This document shows, one piece after another, positions 12,868 to 24,346 of a DNA stretch of 64,000 nucleotides (its first letter is position 1; every line of letters begins with the position of its first letter). The notes under the pieces were generated by a model. The model was given only the letters and a program-made list of their open reading frames with translations. It was not told where the DNA came from and did no database searches. Both the position numbers and the translations under genes were made by a program. The stretch covers positions 3,753,777 to 3,817,776 of the forward strand of contig BDGG01000004.1 in the NCBI GenBank assembly GCA_001949185.1, in the 5' to 3' direction. This stretch comes from Ramazzottius varieornatus. Its lineage: Eukaryota > Animalia > Tardigrada.

Positions 12868-14591
12868 CTACCGCTCGTCCACCGGACCTCGATCCTGCGG
12901 CGATACTCTGGCTCCAGACGATCGTTGCCCACGGGCTGCGCGCGCTTCCCGCCTCAGTTTCCTGCGATGCTCTTGTCTACAAAAGAACCACATTACTGTC
13001 AGGGGAAACTTCTGTATGATGCTTTAAAGTCACGGAGGGAAAGCACTTACGCTACTTTTTCCCATTTACGGTGATTCAAAGAAGTAAAGTCTTCAAGGTG
13101 AGCGATTGCCTCAAGGTATTCCGCCAGCTTGACGAGCTCCTTGTCTTTGTCTCGATTCTGAAACGCGTGCCGGTACTGGTTTATCTGGAAAGACGGAAAC
13201 CGATCTGGTAAGTATTACTGCACCAGCAGGTAAACAGCAATAATAATCGTACCCGAAGTCCGCTACTGGGATTCATGAGAAAGTTCCGTCTCAGATCGTC
13301 CACAATCAGGGTGTTCCTTTCACTAAACTGAGGGTACTTTCCTGTGAAAAAGGAAACGACACATTGGGAACGACACACTTCGTTGTGAACGATTGCAGGT
13401 AACAAGCGACTTACCCCAGATGATTCCTAAAGGTTTTATTCTAGCAGAGCCCTTCGAGTGCTGAACTGTGATCATGGCGGCATCATCCATCACCGCTGCC
13501 AGCTTATAGTGTCCAGCCTCGCAATGAGCACGGATGCCCAGCTCGTGCAACTTGGCCTGGATCCAGCGTTTTCCCGTGGCGGACCATATGACGATGTCGT
13601 ACCTGCAAACCAAAGTCAGATCGGTTAACTGAGATCGATTAACGTCGGTTAACAAATGCACATACTTTTGGTAGGCAATGTGGAGGAACTCGTGAAGGAA
13701 TGGGCGCATCAGCTCGCAGCCGTTCTGACCAACGGAGCCGTTGTCGAAGATGGTGTAGTCAATGTCTAGGACAACCAGCTTCTTCCCAGGACGAAAACCT
13801 TCTATCAACTGACAGCAACATACCCTGAACTACCATGCCAGGAGATGAGAATGACGTCGTCTACCTCAAGGTTGTAGTCGCGGACATGACGAGCGACCAT
13901 GTCCAGATACTCCACTCGGGAAGCGAAGGGAATTTCGGCTTCCTCCATATGTTCAACTTCGTTAACTACACCCGCAACCTCTGGCACAAGAGTGGTCAGG
14001 ATAGGAGCCTGGATAAGGATACAAGTTAAGCAAAACGGAAGGATGGGATCGACAAGGAACGCACACAAACCAAGGCTTCTTCGGGCGAGCCCATCATCAT
14101 GATCTTCTGGTTTGGTCGGAAGGCATCACTCAGCACCAGATTGTCCGTGAAGGCTTTGCCTACAACAGCACAAACAACACTGTGCGTGAAGAGCAGGACA
14201 CGGAAGGTCCATGTCAAAGACAAACTGCGCTTAACTGGACATCTTTACATGCTTATATAACTTCCAGTTGATGGAAAACTTTTGAGATGTTTGCACTAGT
14301 TACGTCAGCCATCTTTACATGTGGACTGTGCATCTGGGATGCATATTTATACCCCAAAAACCCACCTGATCCCATCAGCTTTTGACGGTGAGGCAATACT
14401 CGAGTATGCTCGTAGAGATGCTCCTTCAGACGCTGCACTGTACAGGTTCGTGTCAAGGTAGCCACGACGATCTCTTTACCAGCGTATTTCACCGTGATGG
14501 GAAAGAGGTGTTCTTGAGCAACTGTCGCAGTCTGTTCGACGGGCGGGACCATGGCTTCCGTCAGTTCCATCTTTTCACCTTCCATGGCCAT
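12868..14591 (-). CDS. UBLCP1: Ubiquitin-like domain-containing CTD phosphatase 1
   Basis: N-terminal Ubl (ITVKYAGKE...TRVLPHRQKLMG...KIMMMGS), HAD motif VLDIDYTIFD, MRPFLHEFL, YDIVIWSAT, KPLGIIW, DDLRRNFLMNP, LNHRKWE. The 3' end is either a stop near 13047 or a spliced basic tail ending at 12868. Confidence 0.92.
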
Positions 14592-15326
14592 TCTCGTAGC
14601 AGAACCTGGAAAAGGATATCAGTCGAATCAACAAATATGGTGAATCAACCAAACTGTCGTGATGACAACAAAGGAGTGCCCTCGGTACAAACGATAAGGC
14701 TTTGAAGATTCTCACCTCGAATTAACAGACTGAGCTAGCAGGGTTATAAGTCAGTGACCGCACAGAGGGATGATCGTCGGATGGCTTGGGAAAGTTCGGG
14801 AAAGGTTTCGAGTTTAGGGAGATAAACTCGGATGAAACGACAACAAGGAAAAAAGGGCTTCGAGAAAAAAAACGAGAGGGACTTAGAAGGTGAATGAACT
14901 ACCCGTTCTTACGTCAGCTGCTCGAGTTTGGCGTGAACGGCACCAAATTTTGTCCTTGTATGAGTCACGGCGCTCCGATGACCTCATCACCCACCTGGAC
15001 CGACAAAGATGGCGCTGCGATCGTAACTAGGTCTTCCCTACCTGTGTGAATCTGCATTGGTGTTCCAGACAGAAAGGAATCGATCTGAGCCTCGTGTAGG
15101 TGGGGCAGTCTTTAGTACAGGAGGACTCGATAAGTAACCTGTGCGGACAGCGCAAAAGAAGGTAATGGCTCACGCGGAGGTTAGGAGATTAACTTCGATT
15201 TCAAGAGCCCATCGGGACATGTACGGCTTCCTGGTTTCCGTGTCAGTCTGACGAGCTGCTGGTAGATCGTTCTGCCGGACTTCGGGCAACACGTGAACTC
15301 AGTAATCAAATTGGGACCTGAACAGA

Positions 15327-17466
15327 ATGGGACGAGATGTCCAGACTCAGTTTCTGCAGAAACAGGACGCTCTTCATCCAATGGCTTACGAAGACACGGG
15401 AGCCGGAAGTCAGCTCGTCGAGAAAGCGGTAAGTGCTCAGCACCATCTCGTTTGAGATCTTCTTGGTCCTACTGGAGATACTGCAGGTACTCTACGCTTG
15501 CTCTGTTAATCATAATATGCAGGTCCAAACTGACAAACTTACCGTAGTCCAGCGTATTCCTGGACAGTACCGACGTCCTATGTTGTCTTTCCTGAAACGC
15601 AAGGAGAAAGAAGTAGCGACTCAACTACAGCGAAATCTGAAAAGCAAAATAGAAAAAGGTATTCTGGTGGTCTCCACAGTCTACACGCCTGCGGGAAGAC
15701 CTTCGCCAATACTAAATTGAATCCTTGGTCTTCAGACAATTTTACTTGAGCTTCAGAATAAATTTTCCCATTGCTGTCGTTATACAGCTTACCAAGTGGA
15801 ATGGAAAACGTTAACCGACAAAATGGATCTGGTCTGCAAGCTTGAGCCGGACGTCAATGTGGCTGATATCGAGTGTACGAAAGTGGACTGGAACTGTGAT
15901 GGCTCGTTGATTGCCGTAGCGTAAGTAGGAGCTATCTAAACGTGTTTCGAGTTCCCTTTCCCGTCTCGAAGCATGATCTGTCTTTCCGACGCAGGTTTGG
16001 CAACACCAAGCATGATGGTTTATGTCTCCATAAGGCTAGCTTACGCGTTTGGAAGGTATTCGTCGGAAGACTGAAGAAGGACCCGGAGCAAGTGATCGAG
16101 CTACCGGCTTGCGCGGCCGCCCTCTCTTTTCATCCAAGACGTAAAACACTGTTAGCAGCAGCCCTTCTCACAGGTTGGTTGGAAGACCTCATCGGCTGGA
16201 AATCAAATTCTGAAGAACGAAATGGTCGCTTGTAAACCATAGGTGAAATATACGTATGGGAAGTAACCCCATCAACTTCCGGTGCTGCCGTGATCGGAAA
16301 CAGCCCGCGTCTGAGGACCACGTCTGGTCACTCGGAGGTCGTCACAGCACTTCATTGGGTGTCCCTAACTTCGCCCTCCAGTACCTTCATGGTAAAAATA
16401 TGTCTCGCCCATAAATTATACCAGTTTTCTACTTATGAATCGAACCTGTGTTTAGTTGCTTTCAAGCGGTCTTGATGGAAGGCTAATTATCTGGAAAAAC
16501 AGCGCGCCGGCCACTCGCAACGGACAACTTCCAGGAGTAACTCAGCAAGCCTTGATCGTCCCTAACAAAAAAATGATTATACAGAACCAGGAAACTTTGC
16601 TCAAATCCGACTGGACAAACAGAGAAATATCCACCATTGGAATTACCGTCATGCACACGTTTCCTGAAGGAAGCCAACAAACTTGCCTCGTGGGAACAGA
16701 CACGGGAGCTATCGGCAGCTGCAGTCTCCAGCAGTTCAAAGATATTGGGTCTCCAGTCGGTACCACCATTCGGTCCCTTTCTAAAACCTAAGGTACAGTT
16801 GAAAATTCACCGTTTTATCTCTACAGACGCGGTGGTACTGCTGTCCCATAACTTGGGTCACAAGAGCCACAATGGTCCAGTAACGAGTCTTTCCCGCTCG
16901 CCTTTCCTGGACGCCTGTTTCCTCACCACATCTACTGACACGAAGATCCGGCTGTACCGCATGCTGAAGGTACACTAGTTTGTTAGTCTTACACAAACTT
17001 GGGCTGTTTGAGCGTTGGCTAATGACTTTACTTATCCACAACAGTGGGATCCCATTCTCGAGGTTAACATGGAGGAAGGAGTGCGAGCAACCTGCAGTGA
17101 TTGGTCACCCTTCCGTCCATTTGTTTTCGCTGTCGGGACCTCATTTGGTGATCTACTGTTTTACGACGTGCTGTCGCCGCAATCGGGAATGCGGGCAGCA
17201 GTCAGCGTAAAAGTCTTTCCATCTGCAATCACATCCCTCAAATTCAACAAACAGAAGTTAGTACTACTATACTAGTACGAGTACCTTATTTTAGTAATGG
17301 AAAATGGAATGAACGAGAACTCAAAAATTTTGTTTGTAGCTCCGACCTGATAGCTGTCACCGGAAGTGAAGGATCAGGTGTATGGAAGGTCCCGGAAATA
17401 CTGTCTGAATCTGGACTAGACGAGCGCGAGAACTTCACAAAATTTGTGTATCAACGAGAATCATAG
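15327..17466 (+). CDS. WDR34: WD40 dynein intermediate chain, WDR34/DYNC2I2-like (start codon uncertain, 15165 or 15327)
   Basis: N-terminal VQT motifs, then WNCDGSLIAVA|FGNTKHDGLCLHK..LRVW, LSFHP, GHSEVV, LSSGLDGRLIIW, HNGPVTSLSRSPF...FLTTSTD, DWSPFRPFVFAVGT. This pattern fits the WDR34 subfamily. Confidence 0.75.
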
Positions 17467-17530
17467 GGAGACAAGGAAAGACAAAAATTAATGGAAGAAG
17501 GTTAAGACTTACATTAAAAATCTTTGTTGT

Positions 17531-18488
17531 TCAGCTCTTCGGATCGTGATGTTGCATTCGTAGAAGCAGCTGGTCGAACTGCTTCGCGATTTCCTTCTTC
17601 ATGTTTTCGAACTGCTTGTCGATATGGGTTGTCAGCCTTTGCTCCATCAGTTGCATTTCTGTCCTGACTTGGTCCATCTTATCTTTCTCCTGTGCAATAG
17701 CGGCTACACCGTCACCTTGGCCGATCTTGGCAGGAGCAGACATCAGGCCCGAGAAGAGAGCTAGCATGGACGGATCATTGAGTGCCTTTCGTGGTGAAGA
17801 TGCCAGGCGTGTCAGGTACACATGAAGAGCGAAGAACGTGACGAATCTTTTCTCCGTGGATCTATTAACCATCTGTGAAAGGATTTGTCCATGCTTTACT
17901 TTCACTGCAGTACGACACGCTATATAACTGTGGTCACAAGAGCATCACGAAAAACCTACCTTCAGTTCTATCTCCAAGAGTGGGCCTTTGGTGAAGTTCA
18001 GGGTATGTGAGTAGAAGACTGTTTCGTCCACCTTTTCGAGAAGGATGCCTCGAGAAGTTTGAATATAGCCGGCGTTGAGCGACCCATACACTTCGATCAC
18101 TTCGCAGTTAGTGATGACGATCACTCCAAGTAAGCCGACAAGGTCTCTGGTACAGGATATCTTCAGTGGACAGTGCATCGTGCTCCCAGCGGTGACAGAA
18201 CGATCCTCCAGGAGAAAGCCCGTTTCCGGTCCCACCAACTCGTCCAGGTAATCGTCTCTACCAATTTGCCGTAACAGTCAGCACAAATGCGTCGTTGCCC
18301 GAGAAGCTGCTCTGCAGTTGCATAGCTAGTCTTCGAGCGTGTTTTACTTACTCCGCAATCTGGAACAGACCTTCGTCTGGATGAATCTGGGCGAAGTCGA
18401 CCAAATCTTTAGTCGGATCCGTCGCGCAGCTCCAACTGGATATCACGCGAACGTCTTTGCTGCTGAGTATCTCCCCGTCCGTCATCAT
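17531..18488 (-). CDS. PAAT/C10orf88-like protein, 3 coding exons
   Basis: MMTDGEILSSKDVRVISSWSC..., EVIEVYG...YIQTSRG...VFYSH, and a C-terminal coiled coil EMQLMEQRLTTHIDKQF...FDQLL. These resemble recalled PAAT family motifs. Clean GT-AG introns. Confidence 0.6.
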
Positions 18489-18837
18489 CGTGCGGGCAAG
18501 TTGAGATGGTGTCCGCAACAATCGTAGACTACCGACGGCTGATGAAGGGATGGATGGAGCGAGGAAGTCTGAAGTAGCTCCGATAATAAGAATTTAAAGT
18601 TGGAGTAAAATTTCCAGAGGGCCGACGGGTACAATTGTGCAAATTGCAAATACAATTCGCGGGGGCACCCTGAAGGGGAATGTTGTCGCCGAGGGAGGCT
18701 AAAAGGGGAGAAAACTGGAACTGGGATGATGGCAGCGCATATCCCAAGTTCCCAACCATTGAATTACTCCCTGTGACTCAGAATGCAATGCTGTAGCTTC
18801 ATCTCCTTCTCTTGTGACCTACTTTCGCTTCTCCTCA

Positions 18838-21185
18838 CGAGGGGATTTTGCCTGTCCCCACCTCTTTTTGGTCAAACTGTCCTGGCGGAACGAGAGAGGA
18901 GAGTCTCTTCTAGAATCTGAGCCAGTGAGCTAAATCCCGTGTCGATCCTGGAACAAACTACAGGGACTCGGGAGTGACGTCAAAAGTAGGGCGGTATATA
19001 AGCAGAGTAATGAACAATCAAGACTTGATTGTTCGATGGTTGATTCGGTTGTTGATTGAGCCTGTGCTTCCTGCTCATCAAGTTTTCTGTTGTTTTTCAA
19101 CCTTCTCTCATTTGCTCATTCATTCCTGCACTTCACTGAAATGGAATCCATCAACTTGCTGAATGTTATCAAGCTGCTGGAATGGGACTACAAAGTGCAC
19201 TACCGTATCGACGACTTTCCAAGCGAAGCTGACAGGCAGTTCAAGGACATAGTTAAAGGTAATCTTGCTGTGGACTGGAGCTCAAAAACAAAAAAGATAC
19301 TAATTTGATTCGTAATCTTTCCTAGATTTCATCGACTTGAAGATCACCGAAAGTGTTACTCCTGTGTATGCCGTTGAAGAAGACCTCCAGTATGATCTGC
19401 AGATGCGCGTCAAGTCATTTGAAGATTACGAGGCATCTGTTGTCCAGTGCAACTGCTGAATGGCCAGAGTGAAGCTGACTTCGACGTTACGGAACCTGAT
19501 AGACTGCTTGAGCCTGTTTCCAGCGGAACTGAACCTTCTTCCCATGAGCTGTACATCCCACGACTTCCTAACCCCAAGCTTCCAGTGGATCAGTTAGTCA
19601 ACTTGGAGTACAAGAAACGTGCGGTTACATACTTGAGAAACGCCGTGAAGAAGAAGCGTCTTACGTTGGCCACTGCTCAGAGAAGTTTTGGTAAAGTAAC
19701 CAGCATACGGCAGCTGTACGACTGGGAAAAGCAGGTAGTGGAAGGCAGTTCCAGGCTGGACAAGTTGAAGGCTCTACGTTTGGATATCGGTAAGCAGTTC
19801 TTCCTCGCTAAAAGGAAAAAGCAAGTGGTCAAGGATTTGGACTTACGTCGATGGGCTCTCACTGCGAACGAAACGGTGAACGTGGCCGGTTTCACTGCTT
19901 CCCCAGACTGGATCGGAAAACTCAAACGGTACCAACAGTTTTCTGTGCTTCGATTACCTTCAAAAACGAAATTAATATTTTCTAGATATTATGGGATCGT
20001 TGACCGGAAAATAACCAAGTTCGTCACCAAGAAATCCATACAAGAAGCGCGTCACGTCAAGGAAAGTGCTGAAGCCTGCGTTGCGCTTGTCAGATCAAGG
20101 ATCGGTGAGTACGGGTTAGACTGTCTGTGGAATGCGGATCAGTCAGGCTTTGAATATATGATGAGACCAGGAAGAACTTTGGAAACTGCTGGAGTAAAAC
20201 ACATGGAAGCGATCACCCAGTCGGAGAATCCCATGACACATAGCTACACTGTGATGATGGCGGTCTCCCCGGGCAGGCGTAAGTTTCTTCCTGTTCTTTT
20301 CCTAACGCTGAAGGAAGAGAAAGGAGTGTTTGGTCGAATCGTGTCGAGAACGATGTTCGAAGCTGATAATCTGTATGTCACTGCTTCGACATCCGGGAAG
20401 ATGACCAAGAAGTCTATTTAGAGTGGTCAGAAAAAGTTCTTTTCCCTCATATGGAAGAGCGGTGCATTTTCTTGGTCGACTCGTGGAAGACCTTCACCGA
20501 TCAAGATTCTGTGATTGAACTGAAACCGGAAGAGCTGGAGTACGAAATGCTGACCATCTCTCCGAAAGTTCAACCGCTGGATGTGTTATGCTTTAGGATG
20601 CACCAAGGCTGCTTCAAGAAGATATCCGACTTTGTCTTTTTGCACGATTTACCCGTTCAAGTGCATCATCGTGATGTGATTTTGAGATTGCACTCTTTGC
20701 TGAATCAACAGTTTCAGTCGCCCAGGTTCGAAAATTTGATTGCCGAAGCTTGGCATAAGTCGGGATATATCGACGAACGTTTCATGTATGTTAATCCAGC
20801 CAAGTTTATGTTTAATAAGCTGAAAAGCAGTTGTCTTCACGAGAACTGCAGAGACATTGTTGTTTTGGTTTGCGGGTGGTGCAAGGCCCGTCTTTGCTTC
20901 CATCACTTTTATGACGCTCATCATTTGTGTACTATCTATTTGCCGTAACAAGTTTGTTTACTGATGGGTTTCAGGGTTTGTTTGTTAGGTCTAACGGGGA
21001 AATACAAGACATCACGTTTCTACGTTATTTGCATAAATTTCTGACGTCACTTCCGAGTCCCTGTAGTTTGTTCCAGGATCGACACGGGATTTAGCTCACT
21101 GGCTCAGATCCTAGAAGAGACTCTCCTCTCTCGTTCCGCCAGGACAGTTTGACCAAAAAGAGGTGGGACAGGCATAGTCCTCTCG
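18838..21185 (+). mobile_element. Tc4/Tc5-like (pogo-related) DNA transposon, ~2.35 kb, ~145-bp TIRs, decayed
   Basis: Near-perfect inverted repeats 18838-~18982 and ~21042-21185. Flanks are C-TCA|CGAGGGGA...TCCTCTCG|TCA-G, i.e. a TCA duplication in a CTCAG target. Contains a DDE transposase. Confidence 0.9.
19141..20948 (+). pseudogene. Intron-containing Tc5-type DDE transposase, frameshifted
   Basis: CENP-B/Tc5-like HTH (DLRRWAL...FTASPDWIGKLKR) and DDE motifs LWNADQSG, THSYTV, FLVDSW, VQPLD, followed by a Cys/His tail (C..C...CGWCKARLCFHHFY..HHLC). Introns at ~19259-19325 and ~19929-19985. Frameshifts near 19445 and 20415. Confidence 0.85.
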
Positions 21186-21691
21186 TCAGTCACATTTCAT
21201 TCACAAGCTTATATCCACTAATGTTACTTGCCCTTCACTGGGCAAAGTTCAGCAGAGGGGTTCCAACACAACCTTACGAACAAATCCAGCTCCGCAACGT
21301 CAGCTCGTGCCCAAATTTTCCGCATTAGACCACCTGAAGTGGTTTGACATGGGATAGCATGGGGTATCAAGTCGCATGCAAGGTTTTTTAGTAAGCTCTG
21401 CGAGCATTACGTAATAGCCTCACACTGATCGATGGCAAGAGATTTATTGAGCCTCGACAATCTAGTCGACGGCTTCCTCGATCGTCAGAGGATAACGAAA
21501 CATAAACAAAAACACAGTACTAACAGCTTTGGCAATTGGAAGCGATCAAGTCTAACTTCAGAAATTGACACACAGAAATTACAATCCGAGATCAGGCACC
21601 AAAAAGGAAGTGGAAAATTCGCACAACTATAGCAGGGAGAAACTACCAAACAAGGAATGAGGGAGCGTTCTTTCCGCCTTCGTCCAGGTTC

Positions 21692-22354
21692 TCACTCGTC
21701 CATTTCCATGTCCGACTGGCTCCGTCGTTCCCGGTTTGATGCTCGAGCTGGTCCATCTGTGTGGTTGGGTTTTTGCTGTCCGTCGCGAGGGTCTTCTTCG
21801 CCGACTTGAGCTCGCCCTCCAAACCTGGTTGTACCGACGGGAGGGTGATCCGCCTGGCTCGGCGGGTCGAGGTTCTGGTGGCTTTCCGGGGCCACCCTCC
21901 TCCGTAGTTCCCGGGGGCAGTATCCCCGTTGTCCGTCACTATCACGTCCACTGCCACGTCCACTGCCGCGTCCACTGCCACGTCCAGTGCCACGTCCACC
22001 GCTCCGTCCAGCGCCATGGCCGCCCCTACGACCACCACCGCGTCCGTAAGAGCGGCCATAAGCACCGCCACGCCCACCGTAGCCCCGACCTCGGTTTCTG
22101 ATTGAGTTACAGTGTTGAGGCGGTTGATTGCCGAGGCGACGGTGATCGAAGGGCTTGCGCGGTGGGCCGAACGACCACAAGTTGATCTTCACATCCGGTC
22201 GACCCGTACCGACGGGGCTGTTGGTTATCGCTGATGCATGATAGAAGCTGGCTTGAGGGACGCGAAGGCTGGACGGCTGAATGGTCTGAGCGCCAGGGCT
22301 GATGGATGGAACAGCTGGTTGGGTCGCTGCAGTGGCTAGTTGGTTCGCTGTCAT
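21692..22354 (-). CDS. Uncharacterised low-complexity RGG/GR-repeat protein (exon or element ORF)
   Basis: 220-codon ORF containing RGRGYGGRGGAYGRSYGRGGGRRGG and (GRGS/T)n encoded by a 12-nt tandem unit. A plausible acceptor (ctacag) lies just upstream. Confidence 0.4.
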   Translation of the reverse strand: MTANQLATAATQPAVPSISPGAQTIQPSSLRVPQASFYHASAITNSPVGTGRPDVKINLWSFGPPRKPFDHRRLGNQPPQHCNSIRNRGRGYGGRGGAYGRSYGRGGGRRGGHGAGRSGGRGTGRGSGRGSGRGSGRDSDGQRGYCPRELRRRVAPESHQNLDPPSQADHPPVGTTRFGGRAQVGEEDPRDGQQKPNHTDGPARASNRERRSQSDMEMDE

Positions 22355-22682
22355 GCCCTGTAGGATCAGCCACTTATCGGCCGTGAAGCTTGGTTAAGCG
22401 AGAGTTCTCAGCAGAGGCGTACCCGCTGAAGGACCGAGGGAAAAGCCCAACGAGGATTTCCTATGGGTTTGTCCTAGCGGAAAAACCCATAGGAAATCCT
22501 GTGGTCAGTCCTGACATCTGGTGAGGAGTATAGGCTCCAATCATTCCTCTAAACATGCTGAAGGGGAAATTCATAATCTGAAAATAGCATTTGGTTACTT
22601 GCTATGTCCGGTCATCTGTCCATTTGTTACAAAGCCGTGAGTGCAAAGAGCGTGGAAGCGCTCTCAGAGGCATGCAGGCGTG

Positions 22683-23510
22683 TCATGCGCTACTGATCAC
22701 CAGTGAATGAGGTTGACGGACAGTGTTTGGACATGCTTTGGCGAGAACAGGATGACCCAAGACTTTATGGAAGAACTTTGCGAATAGCAGGCAAGCGGGC
22801 ACGTGTGCAGCAGTTAGACAGCGCACCAGACACGGAACTAAGTCGATACAGCTCGAGAACCCGAGTTCGCAGGGGTCGCCTGTAAGGTCTCGACGAGGAC
22901 CTTCAAAGAGAGGACATATAGTCATAAAATGCGGTATGTTCTCGATTCCGACTAAGCAGAGTGGACACTTCCGGTCTTCCCGGTGAACGCGAGCGAATGA
23001 TGATCCCCATCGGCCCTTTTCAACCGACAGATTGAACGATGATAAAAGAACGCGGCACAATGTGTGCGCCAGTCCAACAGGGAACTTCGAACTGTCGGAA
23101 CGCCAACCTGGCAGAGTATCGGAAGGGAAAACTTTCACAAGAAGGTGGAGCTTTGGTCAGAGAGCAACCATTCCGTGAATGGCTGTAAGAAACTGGTTCT
23201 TGGCTGATGCGAAGAACTCAGAGTGGTTAAAGCAGGCTATTTTCGCCATTGAGACCTCTACAGAGTCTGAATCATTTAGCCCGAAGACAGGCTGCAGGAA
23301 GCGTTTCTATATGGTTCCCCGTAACTTACGGTCGGCTAGGATCTGCTTCAAGGCAAAAATTCCAAGCTCGTCCACCGACGAGCGAGCTGTTTTCATATAG
23401 AACTGTACGGTCATCTCGGCAATTTGAAAGCTTAGCGGAAACAGACCCGTTATGTGATACACCCCGTGGTCAGGCGACGTTCGCCTTACTCCCAGAAGTG
23501 ATTTGAGACA
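22683..23510 (-). mobile_element. 5'-truncated, decayed non-LTR retrotransposon (ORF2 C-terminus)
   Basis: One frame with two in-frame stops reads LKSLLGVRRTSPDHGVYHITGLFPL (post-RT thumb motif)...SSFNLSVEKGRW...RKCPLCLVGIENIPHFMTICPLF (C-terminal CCHC finger of LINE ORF2). Confidence 0.8.
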
Positions 23511-23835
23511 GCGGGTAAAAAAACAACAAAACGAACAAAGATTAACGACGTCACCAGTGAATGCTAAGATGACGTCAAAAATGCCCAACTATGCGTGGCC
23601 ATGTCTGCGACTGTGATTTGCGAAATCTGAACACTAACTACAACGGCTGACTGATCAAGTTAATTGACCACCAAGATGAACCGATCAACTGGATCAATCA
23701 GCCATTGTGGTTAGTGTTGAGATTTAGCCAATCAGAGCAGCGGAAACTGAAGATTTCCGCTATAGTCGGACACCTTGACGTCACCCCGTGGACGTCACTA
23801 GCCCCGCCTTCACACAATGTCCAACGCGGAAGAAC

Positions 23836-24346
23836 TAAGGTTGTGCATTCCAGACCATACCCTTTTGGAATGGAAAATAGGAAAGGAATTCCTAGTATTC
23901 CCATACTCCTATTTTCCTTTCTCCAAAATTCTCCGATGGAAACTTGGATTACCAAAACACTGTGAAAACGTATGTTTTTGCGGGGGGATATCGATCAAGA
24001 TGTGCACTTTCTACACGAATAAGGCTTGTACCATGCGGACGGATGCCTTTCTGGTCTAAAGTATCCCTGCCAACCCTCAGATATCACAGCCACGTCGAAA
24101 AAGCTGACCGTGCATTCCATAAAACCTACTATTTTTGTGAGTTCGAGAGACCTTTGATTAAGTGATTCGTTAATAAATCTGAAAATCAGCGGAATTCTTC
24201 ATGGAATTCCTTCTAGTTTTCCAGATTTCACCTGTTTTCCAAAATAGGAATTCCACCGTTCCAAATCCTCACCCGTTGGAACGGAGAGGAATTCCTGGAA
24301 AGGAGCCGAATATGGAAAGGAATGGAATTTGGAATGCACAACCTAA
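23836..24346. mobile_element. hAT-type non-autonomous element (MITE), 511 bp
   Basis: Termini TAAGGTTGTGCATTCCA...TGGAATGCACAACCTAA. Exact 8-bp TSD GGAAGAAC at 23828-23835 and 24347-24354. Many subterminal GGAAT/ATTCC motifs. Confidence 0.88.

Noticed and set aside
19440-20450. Programmed frameshifting or readthrough in the transposase
   Set aside because: No slippery-site evidence, and an apparent small deletion before QPLD points to ordinary decay.
21643-22101. Val/Asp/Ala-repeat and HVHC-repeat ORFs
   Set aside because: Alternative frames of the same 12-nt GC-rich tandem repeat.
23839-24343. PIF/Harbinger or Tc5-type MITE with TAA duplication and GG...CC termini
   Set aside because: An exact 8-bp duplication (GGAAGAAC) lies just outside the TAA triplets and is stronger evidence, so hAT-type was preferred.
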